Origin: a virus
IMG/VR virus record: IMGVR_UViG_3300042517_000577
Coordinates: 1 to 64,000 of that record
Reading direction: 5' to 3' (one strand)
Length of the DNA stretch: 64,000 nucleotides
A program made the position numbers and the translations under genes. Shown in pieces: positions 39,198 through 49,237 of this stretch. A model generated the notes under the pieces. That model searched no databases, was not told where the DNA came from, and saw nothing but the letters and a program-made list of their open reading frames with translations. Numbering within the stretch: position 1 is the stretch's first letter; each line of letters starts with the position of its first letter.

Positions 39198-40280
39198 ATG
39201 TTAAATTCATTTTTCCTACAAGGATCCAACTCCGAGCAAGATCTCGTTCAGGATCTAATTAACGAGCAATTAAAAATTTATGGGGTAGATGTTTATTATC
39301 TGCCCCGACAAATTTTTTCGGAAGGAAAAGTAATCAGAGATGTAATTTATTCCAAATTCAAAAATGCCTTTCCAATAGAGGCATACGTTATGAATTATGA
39401 AGGATTTGATGCAAATAGTGTTTTGATGAGTAAATTTGGAGTTAAAGTTACTGATGAAATGTCTCTGATAATTTCCAAAGAAAGATTTGAACTTTATATA
39501 TCAGAGTTGATGAAGAATATAGAAAATGTAAAGAGTTCTTTAAGACCAAATGAAGGAGACTTAATTTATGTTCCATTAAGTGATAGTTTAATGGAAATTA
39601 AGTATGTCGAAAATAGAAAACCATTCTACCAACTTCAAAAGAACTATGTTTATGAATTGAGGTGTGAAGTTTATGAAATTGAAGACGATGAAATAGATAC
39701 TGGTCTTAATGACATAGATTTAAAATTGAAGGATCTTGGATATACTTCAGTATTAACTTTATCTGCAATTGGATCTACTGCTACAGCATATACTTCCGTT
39801 TTAAATGGAGGAATTCGAAAAATAGATGTTATTGAGGGTGGATATGGATATACTTCATCCCCAACTATCATAATTGAGGAACCAGAAACTGGAATTCAAG
39901 CACAAGTAGTTGGAATAGTAACAGAAAAGAGAAGTTTCTTAACAAAGAAAAGTTTAGATAAAATTTATATCACAAATCCTGGATCTGGATATACATCAAC
40001 TGACTTGCCATCAATATCTTTCTTTGGGGGAAGTGGAACTGGAATAAAAGTAGTACCTACAATATCCGATTATGGTAATATTGGAATAGTTACGATTACT
40101 TATCCAGGTTCAGGATATACTTCAGCACCTACAGTTACATTTTCACCTCCACCAGCAGCTGCCTCTGCTACTGCCACAGTAGATACGTTAGTTGAAGATA
40201 ACTTTTCATATCCAATGAGTTTTGATTCAATAGAAGTCAAATTTGATTCCACCGAAATTACTTTTGATACTGAATTATAA
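39198..40280 (+). CDS. gp14: neck protein gp14, N-terminal part
   Basis: EQDLVQDLINEQ, YGVDVYYLPR, RPNEGDLIY, PFYQLQKNYVYELRCE; lacks the terminal DFSE.NPFG motif. Confidence 0.88.
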   Translation: MLNSFFLQGSNSEQDLVQDLINEQLKIYGVDVYYLPRQIFSEGKVIRDVIYSKFKNAFPIEAYVMNYEGFDANSVLMSKFGVKVTDEMSLIISKERFELYISELMKNIENVKSSLRPNEGDLIYVPLSDSLMEIKYVENRKPFYQLQKNYVYELRCEVYEIEDDEIDTGLNDIDLKLKDLGYTSVLTLSAIGSTATAYTSVLNGGIRKIDVIEGGYGYTSSPTIIIEEPETGIQAQVVGIVTEKRSFLTKKSLDKIYITNPGSGYTSTDLPSISFFGGSGTGIKVVPTISDYGNIGIVTITYPGSGYTSAPTVTFSPPPAAASATATVDTLVEDNFSYPMSFDSIEVKFDSTEITFDTEL

Positions 40281-40306
40281 ATATTTTTAAAGGTATCCTC
40301 AAATAG

Positions 40307-42025
40307 ATGGCAAAGCAAAATATAAACATAGGATCATCTGCAAATGATAGAAGTGGAGATTCTCTTAGATCTGGTGCATCTAAGATTAATCAAAATTTCA
40401 ATGAGATTTATTCAACTTTTGGGGATGGCAATAGTCTAAACCAAGTATCTATACAAGGAGTTCAGGGAACTAGAGGTTCTCAAGGAATTCAAGGAACAAT
40501 CGGTCAAGGAGTTCAAGGAATTCAAGGTCCTGCTGGATCTGGTGAAGGTGGAGGTTCTCAAGGAGTTCAGGGAATTCAAGGTCCTGCTGGATCTGGTGGT
40601 GGAGGGGGAGGAGGAGAATCATACTGGCAACAAACAGCAGCGGGTATTCATACACTTTCTAATGTTGGTATTGGAACTACAAATCCAACAAGTGCTCTTA
40701 CAGTTAGTGGGAGTTTAAGTGTTTCTGGCATTTCCACATTAAGTTCAAATGTATCAATAGGTGGAACTGTCTCTGTTAATGGTGGAGTAAAACTTGTAAC
40801 AAATAATGCGACAATTGTAGGAACATCAGGAACAGTAGGAGAAATTAAGAGAATTGGTGGAGCACCATTCTTCTATGATGGAAGTGCTTGGAGAGAATTT
40901 GTTCTTTCTTCAGGTACTCCAGTTTCTGTTCCTGCAGATACTGAATGGGATAGTGTTGTTTTCAGAGCAACTTTTGATGATAATTATACTGATGCAAAGT
41001 TTGGAGCAACTCCAGTTTATGTAAGTGCTGGTTCTAGTATTGTAGGTGCTGCAGTTACAATTGGAACTGGTGCTTATAGAAATGATGGTTCTATTGGTGC
41101 TGGTATTTCTTATGCTTATAGGTCAGAATATGATTTTACAGGTTCTTGGACTATTGAGTTTTGGATATATGTGGATTCTGGTCCTGTTTATTATAATCCA
41201 ACATCTCCAGTATCTTTAGTTTCTATGCATTCAACTACTGGTATTGGTACTAGTGGAAATTGGTCTCTTGCTATGTGGAGGGATTTATCTAGTAATACAC
41301 GAATTAATTGGTTTAACCAAAATGGTGTTGGAGCTGAATTATATATTCAAGCAGGTTCTGTTTGGGACAATTCATTTGTAGATAAATGGAATCATTTTGC
41401 ACTTGTTAGGCAAGGTAATAATGGATCTCTACATTTTTATATTAATGGTACTGAAACTTCTAGTACTATAGGTAATACTACAATTGATAATGATATACTC
41501 AATATAAGTACTAATGGATTAAATGTTGGAGGTGCTACTACTTTTACAGTTGGAAATTTAACTTTTAATTCAAATTCATCTGCTGATGTAATAATTGATG
41601 ATATGAGAATTTCCTGTGGTGTTGGAACTGCAGGTCAAAGATATACATCTATTGGAATTAGTACTTATGCAACATTCACTCCTCCAACTACTGCACTTCC
41701 AACTACTGGAACACTTTCATCTTATGTTCAACCACCAGGAGACAAGTATGGTGAGATTACTTTAGGTGGTTCACCAACCTGGAGAGGAACTTCTGGAGTT
41801 ACTGTTTCTCAACAATCTAGTGGAAACTATCGTGTAAGTTTTGCAAGTACTTATACTAATAAAAATGATTATTATGTCCTATCTCAAGGTATGGATCAAG
41901 GATTTGCTTCTTATGTTGGTATTGCTAGATCTACAACTCACGTAGATTTATCAGTCAATAGACAGAGTAATGATGCTGCAGTTGATACTGGATCCCTTGC
42001 AGTTCAGATTAAAAATCATATTTGA
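40307..42025 (+). CDS. fibre/appendage protein with collagen-like repeats and LamG-like lectin domain
   Basis: MAKQNINIGSSANDRSGDSLR N-terminus, GXY repeats, NVGIGTTNP, WTIEFW...WNHFALVR...DDMRI; TATAAATA 40276-40283. Confidence 0.8.
   Translation: MAKQNINIGSSANDRSGDSLRSGASKINQNFNEIYSTFGDGNSLNQVSIQGVQGTRGSQGIQGTIGQGVQGIQGPAGSGEGGGSQGVQGIQGPAGSGGGGGGGESYWQQTAAGIHTLSNVGIGTTNPTSALTVSGSLSVSGISTLSSNVSIGGTVSVNGGVKLVTNNATIVGTSGTVGEIKRIGGAPFFYDGSAWREFVLSSGTPVSVPADTEWDSVVFRATFDDNYTDAKFGATPVYVSAGSSIVGAAVTIGTGAYRNDGSIGAGISYAYRSEYDFTGSWTIEFWIYVDSGPVYYNPTSPVSLVSMHSTTGIGTSGNWSLAMWRDLSSNTRINWFNQNGVGAELYIQAGSVWDNSFVDKWNHFALVRQGNNGSLHFYINGTETSSTIGNTTIDNDILNISTNGLNVGGATTFTVGNLTFNSNSSADVIIDDMRISCGVGTAGQRYTSIGISTYATFTPPTTALPTTGTLSSYVQPPGDKYGEITLGGSPTWRGTSGVTVSQQSSGNYRVSFASTYTNKNDYYVLSQGMDQGFASYVGIARSTTHVDLSVNRQSNDAAVDTGSLAVQIKNHI
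40505..40598 (+). repeat. 54-bp-period coding repeat (collagen-like)
   Basis: CAAGGAGTTCA(A/G)GGAATTCAAGGTCCTGCTGGATCTGGTG at 40505 and 40559. Confidence 0.85.
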
Positions 42026-42071
42026 TGATTGTATTAGTGAGTAATAAATAAAATATAAACACATTAACACT

Positions 42072-42728
42072 ATGAGGACAGTTCCTGGATCAGGTGCCAT
42101 ATTGTCACCAACATTTAATAGTGAATATGGAGTATCCTCAATAGATGTTATTGATGGGGGATCTGGATATGCAACTACAGATCCTCCAAAAATAACAATA
42201 AACAATACTCAATCTCCAATAGAAGGGGGAATATTTTATCCAATTATTGAAAGTGGAGAAATAAGTTCTATTGTTATAATTGACCCAGGGGTAGGTTATT
42301 ATCCAATATCCTCAAGTGTAACTGCCACTGGAATTGCATTTTTAAATTCATCTGGATCAGTTTCGGATATTAAAATTACCAATGCAGGTTACGGTTACAC
42401 ACAACCTCCGACAATTACAATTTCTGGAGGTTCCACAGTTTCTAGTGGAAACTTTATCTTTGGTGAGAATGTAACATCTTCAATTACTAACATAACTGGA
42501 ATAGTTCAAAATTGGGATCCGACTACAAGAGAATTAAAAATATCAGGAATTGGATCAGATTTTGTAGTTGGTGAAATTATTACAGGAGAAACATCAAATT
42601 CCACATATATTATTTCTAATTATCAATCTCCAACATCTTCTACTAAATATGATGATAATGAAAATATAGAGAACGAAGCAGACCAAATCATAGATTTCAG
42701 TGAATCCAATCCATTTGGAGACGTGTAA
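42072..42728 (+). CDS. protein carrying the gp14 C-terminal region
   Basis: Ends NENIENEADQIIDFSESNPFGDV, the gp14 C-terminal signature; own late promoter ATAAATA 42044-42050. Confidence 0.8.
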   Translation: MRTVPGSGAILSPTFNSEYGVSSIDVIDGGSGYATTDPPKITINNTQSPIEGGIFYPIIESGEISSIVIIDPGVGYYPISSSVTATGIAFLNSSGSVSDIKITNAGYGYTQPPTITISGGSTVSSGNFIFGENVTSSITNITGIVQNWDPTTRELKISGIGSDFVVGEIITGETSNSTYIISNYQSPTSSTKYDDNENIENEADQIIDFSESNPFGDV

Positions 42729-42761
42729 TTTATTAAATAGTATAGTTAAGGGAATTTTAAA

Positions 42762-43616
42762 ATGCTTGGAGATTATTTTTATAATAAATGTATCCACAAA
42801 ACAGTAGTTGCTTTTGGAACTTTATTTAATAATATAAAGATACAGCATAACGATGCTAATGATAATTCTTTATCAACTTTTAAAGTTCCATTAGCATATG
42901 GACCAATACAAAAGTTTTTAGCTAGAGTAGAACAATCTCCAGATGGGAATAGGAGAGTTGCAACTACTCTTCCTAGAATGTCATTTGAAATGATTTCCCT
43001 TGAATATGCCTCTGCAAGAAAATCATCAACAATTCAAACTTTCAAAGGAACTAGTTCTGTAGATGGAAAGGAAATAAAAAATATTTACGTTCCAGTTCCT
43101 TATGATATTGGGTTTGAATTGACTATCGTTTCAAAAATACAAGATGATTGCCTTCAGATTATAGAACAAATTATACCATTCTTCCAACCATCATTTAATT
43201 TGAGTGTTAATTTGATCTCCGAAATAAACGAAGTCAAGGATATTCCTGTTATATTAAATAGAATTAATTTTAGAGATACTTATGAAGAAGATTTTAATCA
43301 GAGAAGACTAATTTATTATACATTAAGTTTCACAGCAAAAACTTATATCTTCAATCAAATACCAGATGATTCTACTGGATTAATTAAGAAAGTTCAAGTT
43401 GATTATGCTACAGATGCAATAAAGAATGCCAAGAGAGAGATGAGATATACCGTAACTCCAAAGGCACTTCAAGATTATAATGATGATGGAGTTATTAACT
43501 CACTCGATGATCCTCTAATTGAATATGGAGACGATTTTGGTTTCAATAGTCAATTAGAAAATTTTGGAGACTTCAAAGAATTTAGTACTTCACTAGGAAC
43601 TGATGTTGATGCGTAA
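42762..43616 (+). CDS. gp15: tail sheath stabilizer gp15
   Basis: VAFGTLFN, KVPLAYGPIQKFLAR, LPRMSFE, QIIEQIIPFFQP. Confidence 0.95.
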   Translation: MLGDYFYNKCIHKTVVAFGTLFNNIKIQHNDANDNSLSTFKVPLAYGPIQKFLARVEQSPDGNRRVATTLPRMSFEMISLEYASARKSSTIQTFKGTSSVDGKEIKNIYVPVPYDIGFELTIVSKIQDDCLQIIEQIIPFFQPSFNLSVNLISEINEVKDIPVILNRINFRDTYEEDFNQRRLIYYTLSFTAKTYIFNQIPDDSTGLIKKVQVDYATDAIKNAKREMRYTVTPKALQDYNDDGVINSLDDPLIEYGDDFGFNSQLENFGDFKEFSTSLGTDVDA

Positions 43617-43618
43617 TT

Positions 43619-44035
43619 ATGAAAGAAAATAAATTCAATTCTATAGAACAATCACTTAATATCGAAACTAGTTTGGCTCCCGTCGAACCAGTTGAGGTAT
43701 CTTCTGTAGAAGTTCCAGATGATCCAAGAAAAGATTATGAATATACTAGAGCAAATTTATATAATTTGATAGAAAAGGGTCAGGAAGCAATTAATGGTAT
43801 TTTGGAGGTAGCACAAAGTTCAGATCATCCTAGAGCATATGAAGTTGCTGGACAACTAATTAAGTCTGTTGGAGATGTGAGTGACAAATTGTTAGATCTT
43901 CAGAAGAAAATGAAAGATCTTGATGCGCCAGTGAAGGGAAGTCCAACTACAGTAAATAATGCTTTGTTCGTAGGATCGACAGCAGAGTTATCAAAACTTA
44001 TAAAACAAGGACTTCTAAATAATATCGAAGAGTAG
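43619..44035 (+). CDS. gp16: terminase small subunit gp16
   Basis: DYEYTR, HPRAYEVAGQLIK, NALFVGSTAEL. Confidence 0.95.
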   Translation: MKENKFNSIEQSLNIETSLAPVEPVEVSSVEVPDDPRKDYEYTRANLYNLIEKGQEAINGILEVAQSSDHPRAYEVAGQLIKSVGDVSDKLLDLQKKMKDLDAPVKGSPTTVNNALFVGSTAELSKLIKQGLLNNIEE

Positions 44036-44043
44036 TATTTACT

Positions 44044-44928
44044 ATGAAAGATCCCAAGGGTCCAACCAGACCATATAAAACTGCAGAAGAAATTGCCAAG
44101 AAGCATAATGTTTCATTGGATTATATCAATAAGCAAGTTGAACTTGGAACTGAAGTTGAGTTCGAGCATACTACTAGTAAGAAAAATGCAGAAATAACTG
44201 CTCTACAGCATTTAGAGGAACTTCCAGATTATTACAGTAGATTAAAAAAGATGGAAAAAAAGAAATCTTCAGTCAAAGAATCTTTAGATAATAATAGAGA
44301 ACTTCTTGCTGGAAAAAGATATTGCTTATTATGCAACAAGCACGAGACAGAATCAGAGTGCTCTTGGGGTCCTAATATGTGGAAAAAGTATAGCATTGCT
44401 TCCATTCATCCAACAAATGAATCTGCAATTTATGAAGATCATAAAGAGATTGCAAGTGGAAAGAAGAAAGATGAAGAAGGATATATGGCAAGAATTGAAT
44501 TTGATCAAATTGAAAGGTCAATTAATATTTTAAGAAAATTAGTTAAGAAGGGAGATCAGCAATTACCTGCTTGGGTACAATCAAAAATCACTAGAGCAGC
44601 AGACTTTATTGATACTGCAGCAGAATATATTTCTAGTGACGAAGATGTATCTGAAGGAAAAACATATTCTCAATTTATGACTGAAGTTGCTGCTTGGCAG
44701 AGAAAGGAAGGAAAAAATCCTGAGGGTGGACTTAATGAAAAGGGGAGAAGATCTTATGAAGATGAAAATCCTGGAAGTGATCTCAAACCACCTCAACCCG
44801 AAGGTGGACCACGTAAAAGATCTTTCTGTGCTCGTATGGGAGGAATGCCTGGTCCTATGAAAGATGAAAAAGGTAGACCTACTAGAAAAGCACTAGCACT
44901 TAGAAAATGGCACTGTGGAAAAAAATAA
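44044..44928 (+). CDS. multi-module putative internal head protein
   Basis: Modules VEFEHT...HLEELPDYYSRL, LPAWVQSKIT and AWQRKEGKNPEGGLN...RSFCARM separated by xxE sites, including KTYSQFMTE. Confidence 0.7.
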   Translation: MKDPKGPTRPYKTAEEIAKKHNVSLDYINKQVELGTEVEFEHTTSKKNAEITALQHLEELPDYYSRLKKMEKKKSSVKESLDNNRELLAGKRYCLLCNKHETESECSWGPNMWKKYSIASIHPTNESAIYEDHKEIASGKKKDEEGYMARIEFDQIERSINILRKLVKKGDQQLPAWVQSKITRAADFIDTAAEYISSDEDVSEGKTYSQFMTEVAAWQRKEGKNPEGGLNEKGRRSYEDENPGSDLKPPQPEGGPRKRSFCARMGGMPGPMKDEKGRPTRKALALRKWHCGKK

Positions 44929-44931
44929 ATT

Positions 44932-46584
44932 ATGTCTAGTCAGAATGTATATCTTGGAAACCCTTTACTAAAAAAGGCAAATACTCCAATTGAATTTAGT
45001 GAAGATCAGATTTTAGAATTTGTTAAGTGTAAGAATGATCCCGTATATTTTGCCAAAAACTATATTAAAATTGTTACCCTAGACCACGGATTACAACAGT
45101 TTAAACCATATAATTTTCAGGAAAATTTAATCAATAATTTCCATAATAATAGATTTAACATTTGTAAGATGCCTAGACAGACAGGCAAATCTACAACTGT
45201 TGTGTCATACTTACTTCATTATGCTCTTTTTAATGACAACGTAAACATTGCTATCCTAGCAAACAAGGCATCTACTGCTAGAGATTTGCTATCTAGGTTA
45301 CAGACTGCCTATGAGAACCTTCCAAAGTGGTTACAGCAAGGAATTCTTGCCTGGAACAGGGGTTCTATGGAACTAGAGAATGGTTCTAAAATTCTTGCAG
45401 CATCAACATCAGCGTCTGCTGTTCGAGGTGGTTCTTATAATATCATTTTCTTGGACGAATTTGCGTTCGTTCAAAATCACTTAGCAGATGATTTCTTTGC
45501 GTCTGTTTATCCTACAATTTCTTCAGGTCAATCTACCAAAGTTATAATTGTTTCTACCCCCCACGGTATGAATCACTTTTATAGACTTTGGCACGATGCT
45601 GAACGTGGTAAGAATGAGTACGTTCCAACTGAAGTTCATTGGTCGGAGGTTCCTGGACGAGATTCAAATTGGAAAGCACAAACAATTGCGAACACATCAG
45701 AACAGCAATTTAAAATTGAGTTTGAGTGCGAATTTTTAGGATCGGTAGATACTTTGATTGCCCCAAGCAAATTGAAGAGTTTGGTATATGATTCTCCAAT
45801 TAAAAGAAATAAGGGATTAGATATATATTTTGAATCGGAAAAAACTAGAGATTATGTAATTACGGTAGACGTTGCCAGAGGTGTTGGTAATGATTATTCT
45901 GCCTTCGTTGTGTTTGATATAACATCGTTTCCGCATAAAATAGTAGCAAAATACAGGAACAATGAAATCAAACCAATGCTATTCCCAAGCATCATTCACG
46001 AGGTTGCTAAAGCGTACAATAGTGCTTTTGTCCTTTGCGAGGTCAATGATGTCGGAGACCAAGTAGCTTCTATTTTAAATTATGATCTAGAATATCAAAA
46101 TGTTTTGATGTGCTCGATGAGAGGTAGAGCAGGTCAAATAGTAGGACAAGGTTTTTCTGGAAAGAAAACTCAATTAGGTCTTAAGATGTCTAAGACTGTG
46201 AAGAAGGTCGGTTGTATGAACCTCAAGACTATGATTGAGGAAGACAAACTAATCTTCAATGACTATGAGATCATCAGTGAACTAACTACATTCATTCAGA
46301 AACACAACTCATTTGAGGCAGAAGACGGTTGTAATGATGATTTGGCAATGTGCCTAGTGATCTATGCTTGGTTGGTCGCACAGGACTATTTCAAAGAACT
46401 TACCGATCAAGATGTTAGGAAGAGATTATACGAAGAACAGAAGGAGCAAATAGATCAGGATATGGCACCGTTTGGATTTATCTTGACTGGAATTGATGAT
46501 GATAATCAATTTACAGATGCTGATGGGGATTTGTGGAAGGTTGATGAGTATGGAGACAGATCGTTTATGTGGGAATATAGGTAA
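44932..46584 (+). CDS. gp17: terminase large subunit gp17
   Basis: YLGNPLLK, PRQTGKST, FLDEFAF, DVARG, NDDLAM. Confidence 0.97.
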   Translation: MSSQNVYLGNPLLKKANTPIEFSEDQILEFVKCKNDPVYFAKNYIKIVTLDHGLQQFKPYNFQENLINNFHNNRFNICKMPRQTGKSTTVVSYLLHYALFNDNVNIAILANKASTARDLLSRLQTAYENLPKWLQQGILAWNRGSMELENGSKILAASTSASAVRGGSYNIIFLDEFAFVQNHLADDFFASVYPTISSGQSTKVIIVSTPHGMNHFYRLWHDAERGKNEYVPTEVHWSEVPGRDSNWKAQTIANTSEQQFKIEFECEFLGSVDTLIAPSKLKSLVYDSPIKRNKGLDIYFESEKTRDYVITVDVARGVGNDYSAFVVFDITSFPHKIVAKYRNNEIKPMLFPSIIHEVAKAYNSAFVLCEVNDVGDQVASILNYDLEYQNVLMCSMRGRAGQIVGQGFSGKKTQLGLKMSKTVKKVGCMNLKTMIEEDKLIFNDYEIISELTTFIQKHNSFEAEDGCNDDLAMCLVIYAWLVAQDYFKELTDQDVRKRLYEEQKEQIDQDMAPFGFILTGIDDDNQFTDADGDLWKVDEYGDRSFMWEYR

Positions 46585-46595
46585 AAGGGGAAATT

Positions 46596-46603
46596 TATAA
46601 ATA
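46596..46603 (+). promoter_or_regulatory. T4-type late promoter
   Basis: TATAAATA upstream of gp18. Confidence 0.8.
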
Positions 46604-46640
46604 CTTTTAGATAAAAAATGAAGCAGTTAGAGGAGTCAAA

Positions 46641-49220
46641 ATGGCTTTAAGCTTATCATCTCCAGGTATTACAATTAGAGAAGTAGATTTAACTAGAGGT
46701 TCAGTTAATGCAACTTCTCCTTTAGCAGCTGGAATTGCAGCACCTTTTGAAAGAGGTCCAGTAGAAGAAGTTGTAACAATTAGATCTGAGAACGATTTAG
46801 TAAATGTCTTTGGATCACCATCAAAGAACGATTATCATTACGAATATTGGTACTCAGCATCAAATTTCCTTTCATACGGTGGAAGTCTAAAGGTAGTTAG
46901 AGCAGATTCTGACAACCTTAAGAACTCTAATGCCGCAGTTGGTGCTGCTTCAACTAGCACAAAGATCAAAAACTTCGAAGATTATCAGAACGCAATTTCA
47001 TTCAATTCATATTGGATTTCAAAAAACCCAGGATATTGGGCTGATGGGATCAAAGTATGTGTAATTGATAATTTTGCCGATCAAACTTTCTCTGGAATTA
47101 GCACTGCATCAATTACAGTTGGTGCTGGAATTACACAAGCAATTACTGGAGGACACCTGAAGGGTATCGTTTCTGGAATTGGAAACTCTGAGTTCTACGT
47201 TAAAGTAACAAATAAAGTTATTGGTGGAGTTGAGACCGATCAGGAATATACTGAAAGGGGAACTTATGCCTTCGGCACTACAAATCCAATCTATATCAAT
47301 GGATCAATTGGAGTTGGAATTACTGCTGTAACACTCACTCGTGCAGGTTTAAGTACATTCTCTGCTGCATCTGTTGGATCAGGTCAAACTTTAACTACAT
47401 TAAACGTAGTAGGAACAACAACTGTCGATATGGCAGGATCTGAAGTTTTTGCTTCTGGTAATAGCATACTATACGTCCAGAGCAGCACTGGAATTACTGC
47501 TTCCAGCTTCTTATTAATTGATAATGAGATAGTTGATGTAACTAATGTTTCTGGTACTGAACTTACTGTAACAAGAGGTTCATTTGGAACAGTAGCAGCA
47601 AATCATAATGACGGATCTACCATCAAGATTTTAACATCTCTACCCGCAAACGTAACTGCTTCTGCAGGCATTTCTAGCACTGCGACAAGTTTACAGTTAA
47701 ACTCACTTGGCAGTGTAAGTGCTGGAGATTATTTAATCAACCCAGCAAGTAATGAGATAATGTCTGTCACTGGAGTTTCTAACTCCGGAACAATTCAACC
47801 ATCTACAGTGTCTGATTGGTACAATCAGCAGTATGTTTTAAATACTGCAAATGGTGATAGACAGACAATTCTCTGGAAGTCAATTGCTTCTAAGCCAAGG
47901 ACAAATCAATATGTAACCTCTAGGGGAGGAAGCAACGATGCTATGCACGTTGCCATTATTGATAACACAAGAGCATCTAACTTTGCAGGAAATCCACAGC
48001 AAATTTTAGAAATCTTCAGAAACTTATCAAAAGCAACTGATGCTGAAGTTAGTCCCTCAGAAAAGATTTACTATAAGGATTACCTTGCACTGAACTCCAG
48101 ATATGTTTATGCAGGTTCTGTAATGGGAACTGATGCTTATTGGGGAGTTTCTGAAGTTGCTTCCAATTTCTCTTCAGGATTTACTCCAGTTTCCACAGGA
48201 GTAAATGGATGGGGACAAGAATCTAATGAGGTTCATTTCAACTCTGTCGGAAATGTTTCCTTCACCATAACAGGTGGTAAAGATTATAGTGGTGAATCAA
48301 ACATTGGAGGTTTCTCTGCTTCATTAAGTGACATCACAGATGCCCTAGATAAACTCTCCAACCCAACTGAAGTAGAACTAAACTTCCTCCTCCAGGGAAG
48401 TGCTTCAGGTTCTGTAGAAACAGAACAAGCAAAGGCAAATTATTTAATCTCACTTGCAGAAAATAGAAAGGATTGCCTGGCATTTATTTCTCCCTACAGA
48501 TCAGCAACTGTAAATGTTGCGATTGAATCCAATAAACTGAATAATGTTCTTTCGTTCTTCACTCCATTATCATCATCCTCATACGCAGTATTTGATTCTG
48601 GATATCAATACATCTATGACAGATTTAACAAGCAATATGTTTATATTCCTTGTTCTGCAGATGTTGCTGGACTTTGTGTAAGAACTGATATTAATCAGTT
48701 CCCTTGGTACTCACCAGCAGGAAAGGTTAGAGGAACCTTCAAGAACACTATTAAACTTTCCTACAACCCAGATCAAGATGATCGTGATGAACTCTATTCA
48801 AACAGAGTAAATCCAGTAATCACCTATCCTGGTTCGGGAACAATTCTCTTCGGAGATAAAACTGCCCTTGGATACCCTTCAGCATTCGATAGAATTAACG
48901 TTCGTAGATTATTCATCACAATCGAACAAGCAATTAGAGGTGCCGCAGACGATCAACTGTTCGAATTCAACGATGCCTCAACGAGAGCAAACTTCATCAA
49001 TATCGTTGAACCATATTTGAGAGACGTTCAAGCAAAGCGTGGAATTACTGATTTCTTACTTGTTTGTGACGAAACTAACAATACCCCTGCAGTAATTGAC
49101 AGAAATGAGTTTATTGCAGATATATATGTAAAACCTGCCCGTTCTATCAACTTTATTGGTCTGACATTTGTTGCGACTAGAACTGGTGTTTCGTTTGAAA
49201 CTGTCGTCGGAACCGTTTAA
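46641..49220 (+). CDS. gp18: tail sheath protein gp18
   Basis: SPGITIREVDLT, PWYSPAG, FDRINVRRLF, KPARSINFI. Confidence 0.97.
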   Translation: MALSLSSPGITIREVDLTRGSVNATSPLAAGIAAPFERGPVEEVVTIRSENDLVNVFGSPSKNDYHYEYWYSASNFLSYGGSLKVVRADSDNLKNSNAAVGAASTSTKIKNFEDYQNAISFNSYWISKNPGYWADGIKVCVIDNFADQTFSGISTASITVGAGITQAITGGHLKGIVSGIGNSEFYVKVTNKVIGGVETDQEYTERGTYAFGTTNPIYINGSIGVGITAVTLTRAGLSTFSAASVGSGQTLTTLNVVGTTTVDMAGSEVFASGNSILYVQSSTGITASSFLLIDNEIVDVTNVSGTELTVTRGSFGTVAANHNDGSTIKILTSLPANVTASAGISSTATSLQLNSLGSVSAGDYLINPASNEIMSVTGVSNSGTIQPSTVSDWYNQQYVLNTANGDRQTILWKSIASKPRTNQYVTSRGGSNDAMHVAIIDNTRASNFAGNPQQILEIFRNLSKATDAEVSPSEKIYYKDYLALNSRYVYAGSVMGTDAYWGVSEVASNFSSGFTPVSTGVNGWGQESNEVHFNSVGNVSFTITGGKDYSGESNIGGFSASLSDITDALDKLSNPTEVELNFLLQGSASGSVETEQAKANYLISLAENRKDCLAFISPYRSATVNVAIESNKLNNVLSFFTPLSSSSYAVFDSGYQYIYDRFNKQYVYIPCSADVAGLCVRTDINQFPWYSPAGKVRGTFKNTIKLSYNPDQDDRDELYSNRVNPVITYPGSGTILFGDKTALGYPSAFDRINVRRLFITIEQAIRGAADDQLFEFNDASTRANFINIVEPYLRDVQAKRGITDFLLVCDETNNTPAVIDRNEFIADIYVKPARSINFIGLTFVATRTGVSFETVVGTV

Positions 49221-49237
49221 TTTAAAGGAGAAGAACA

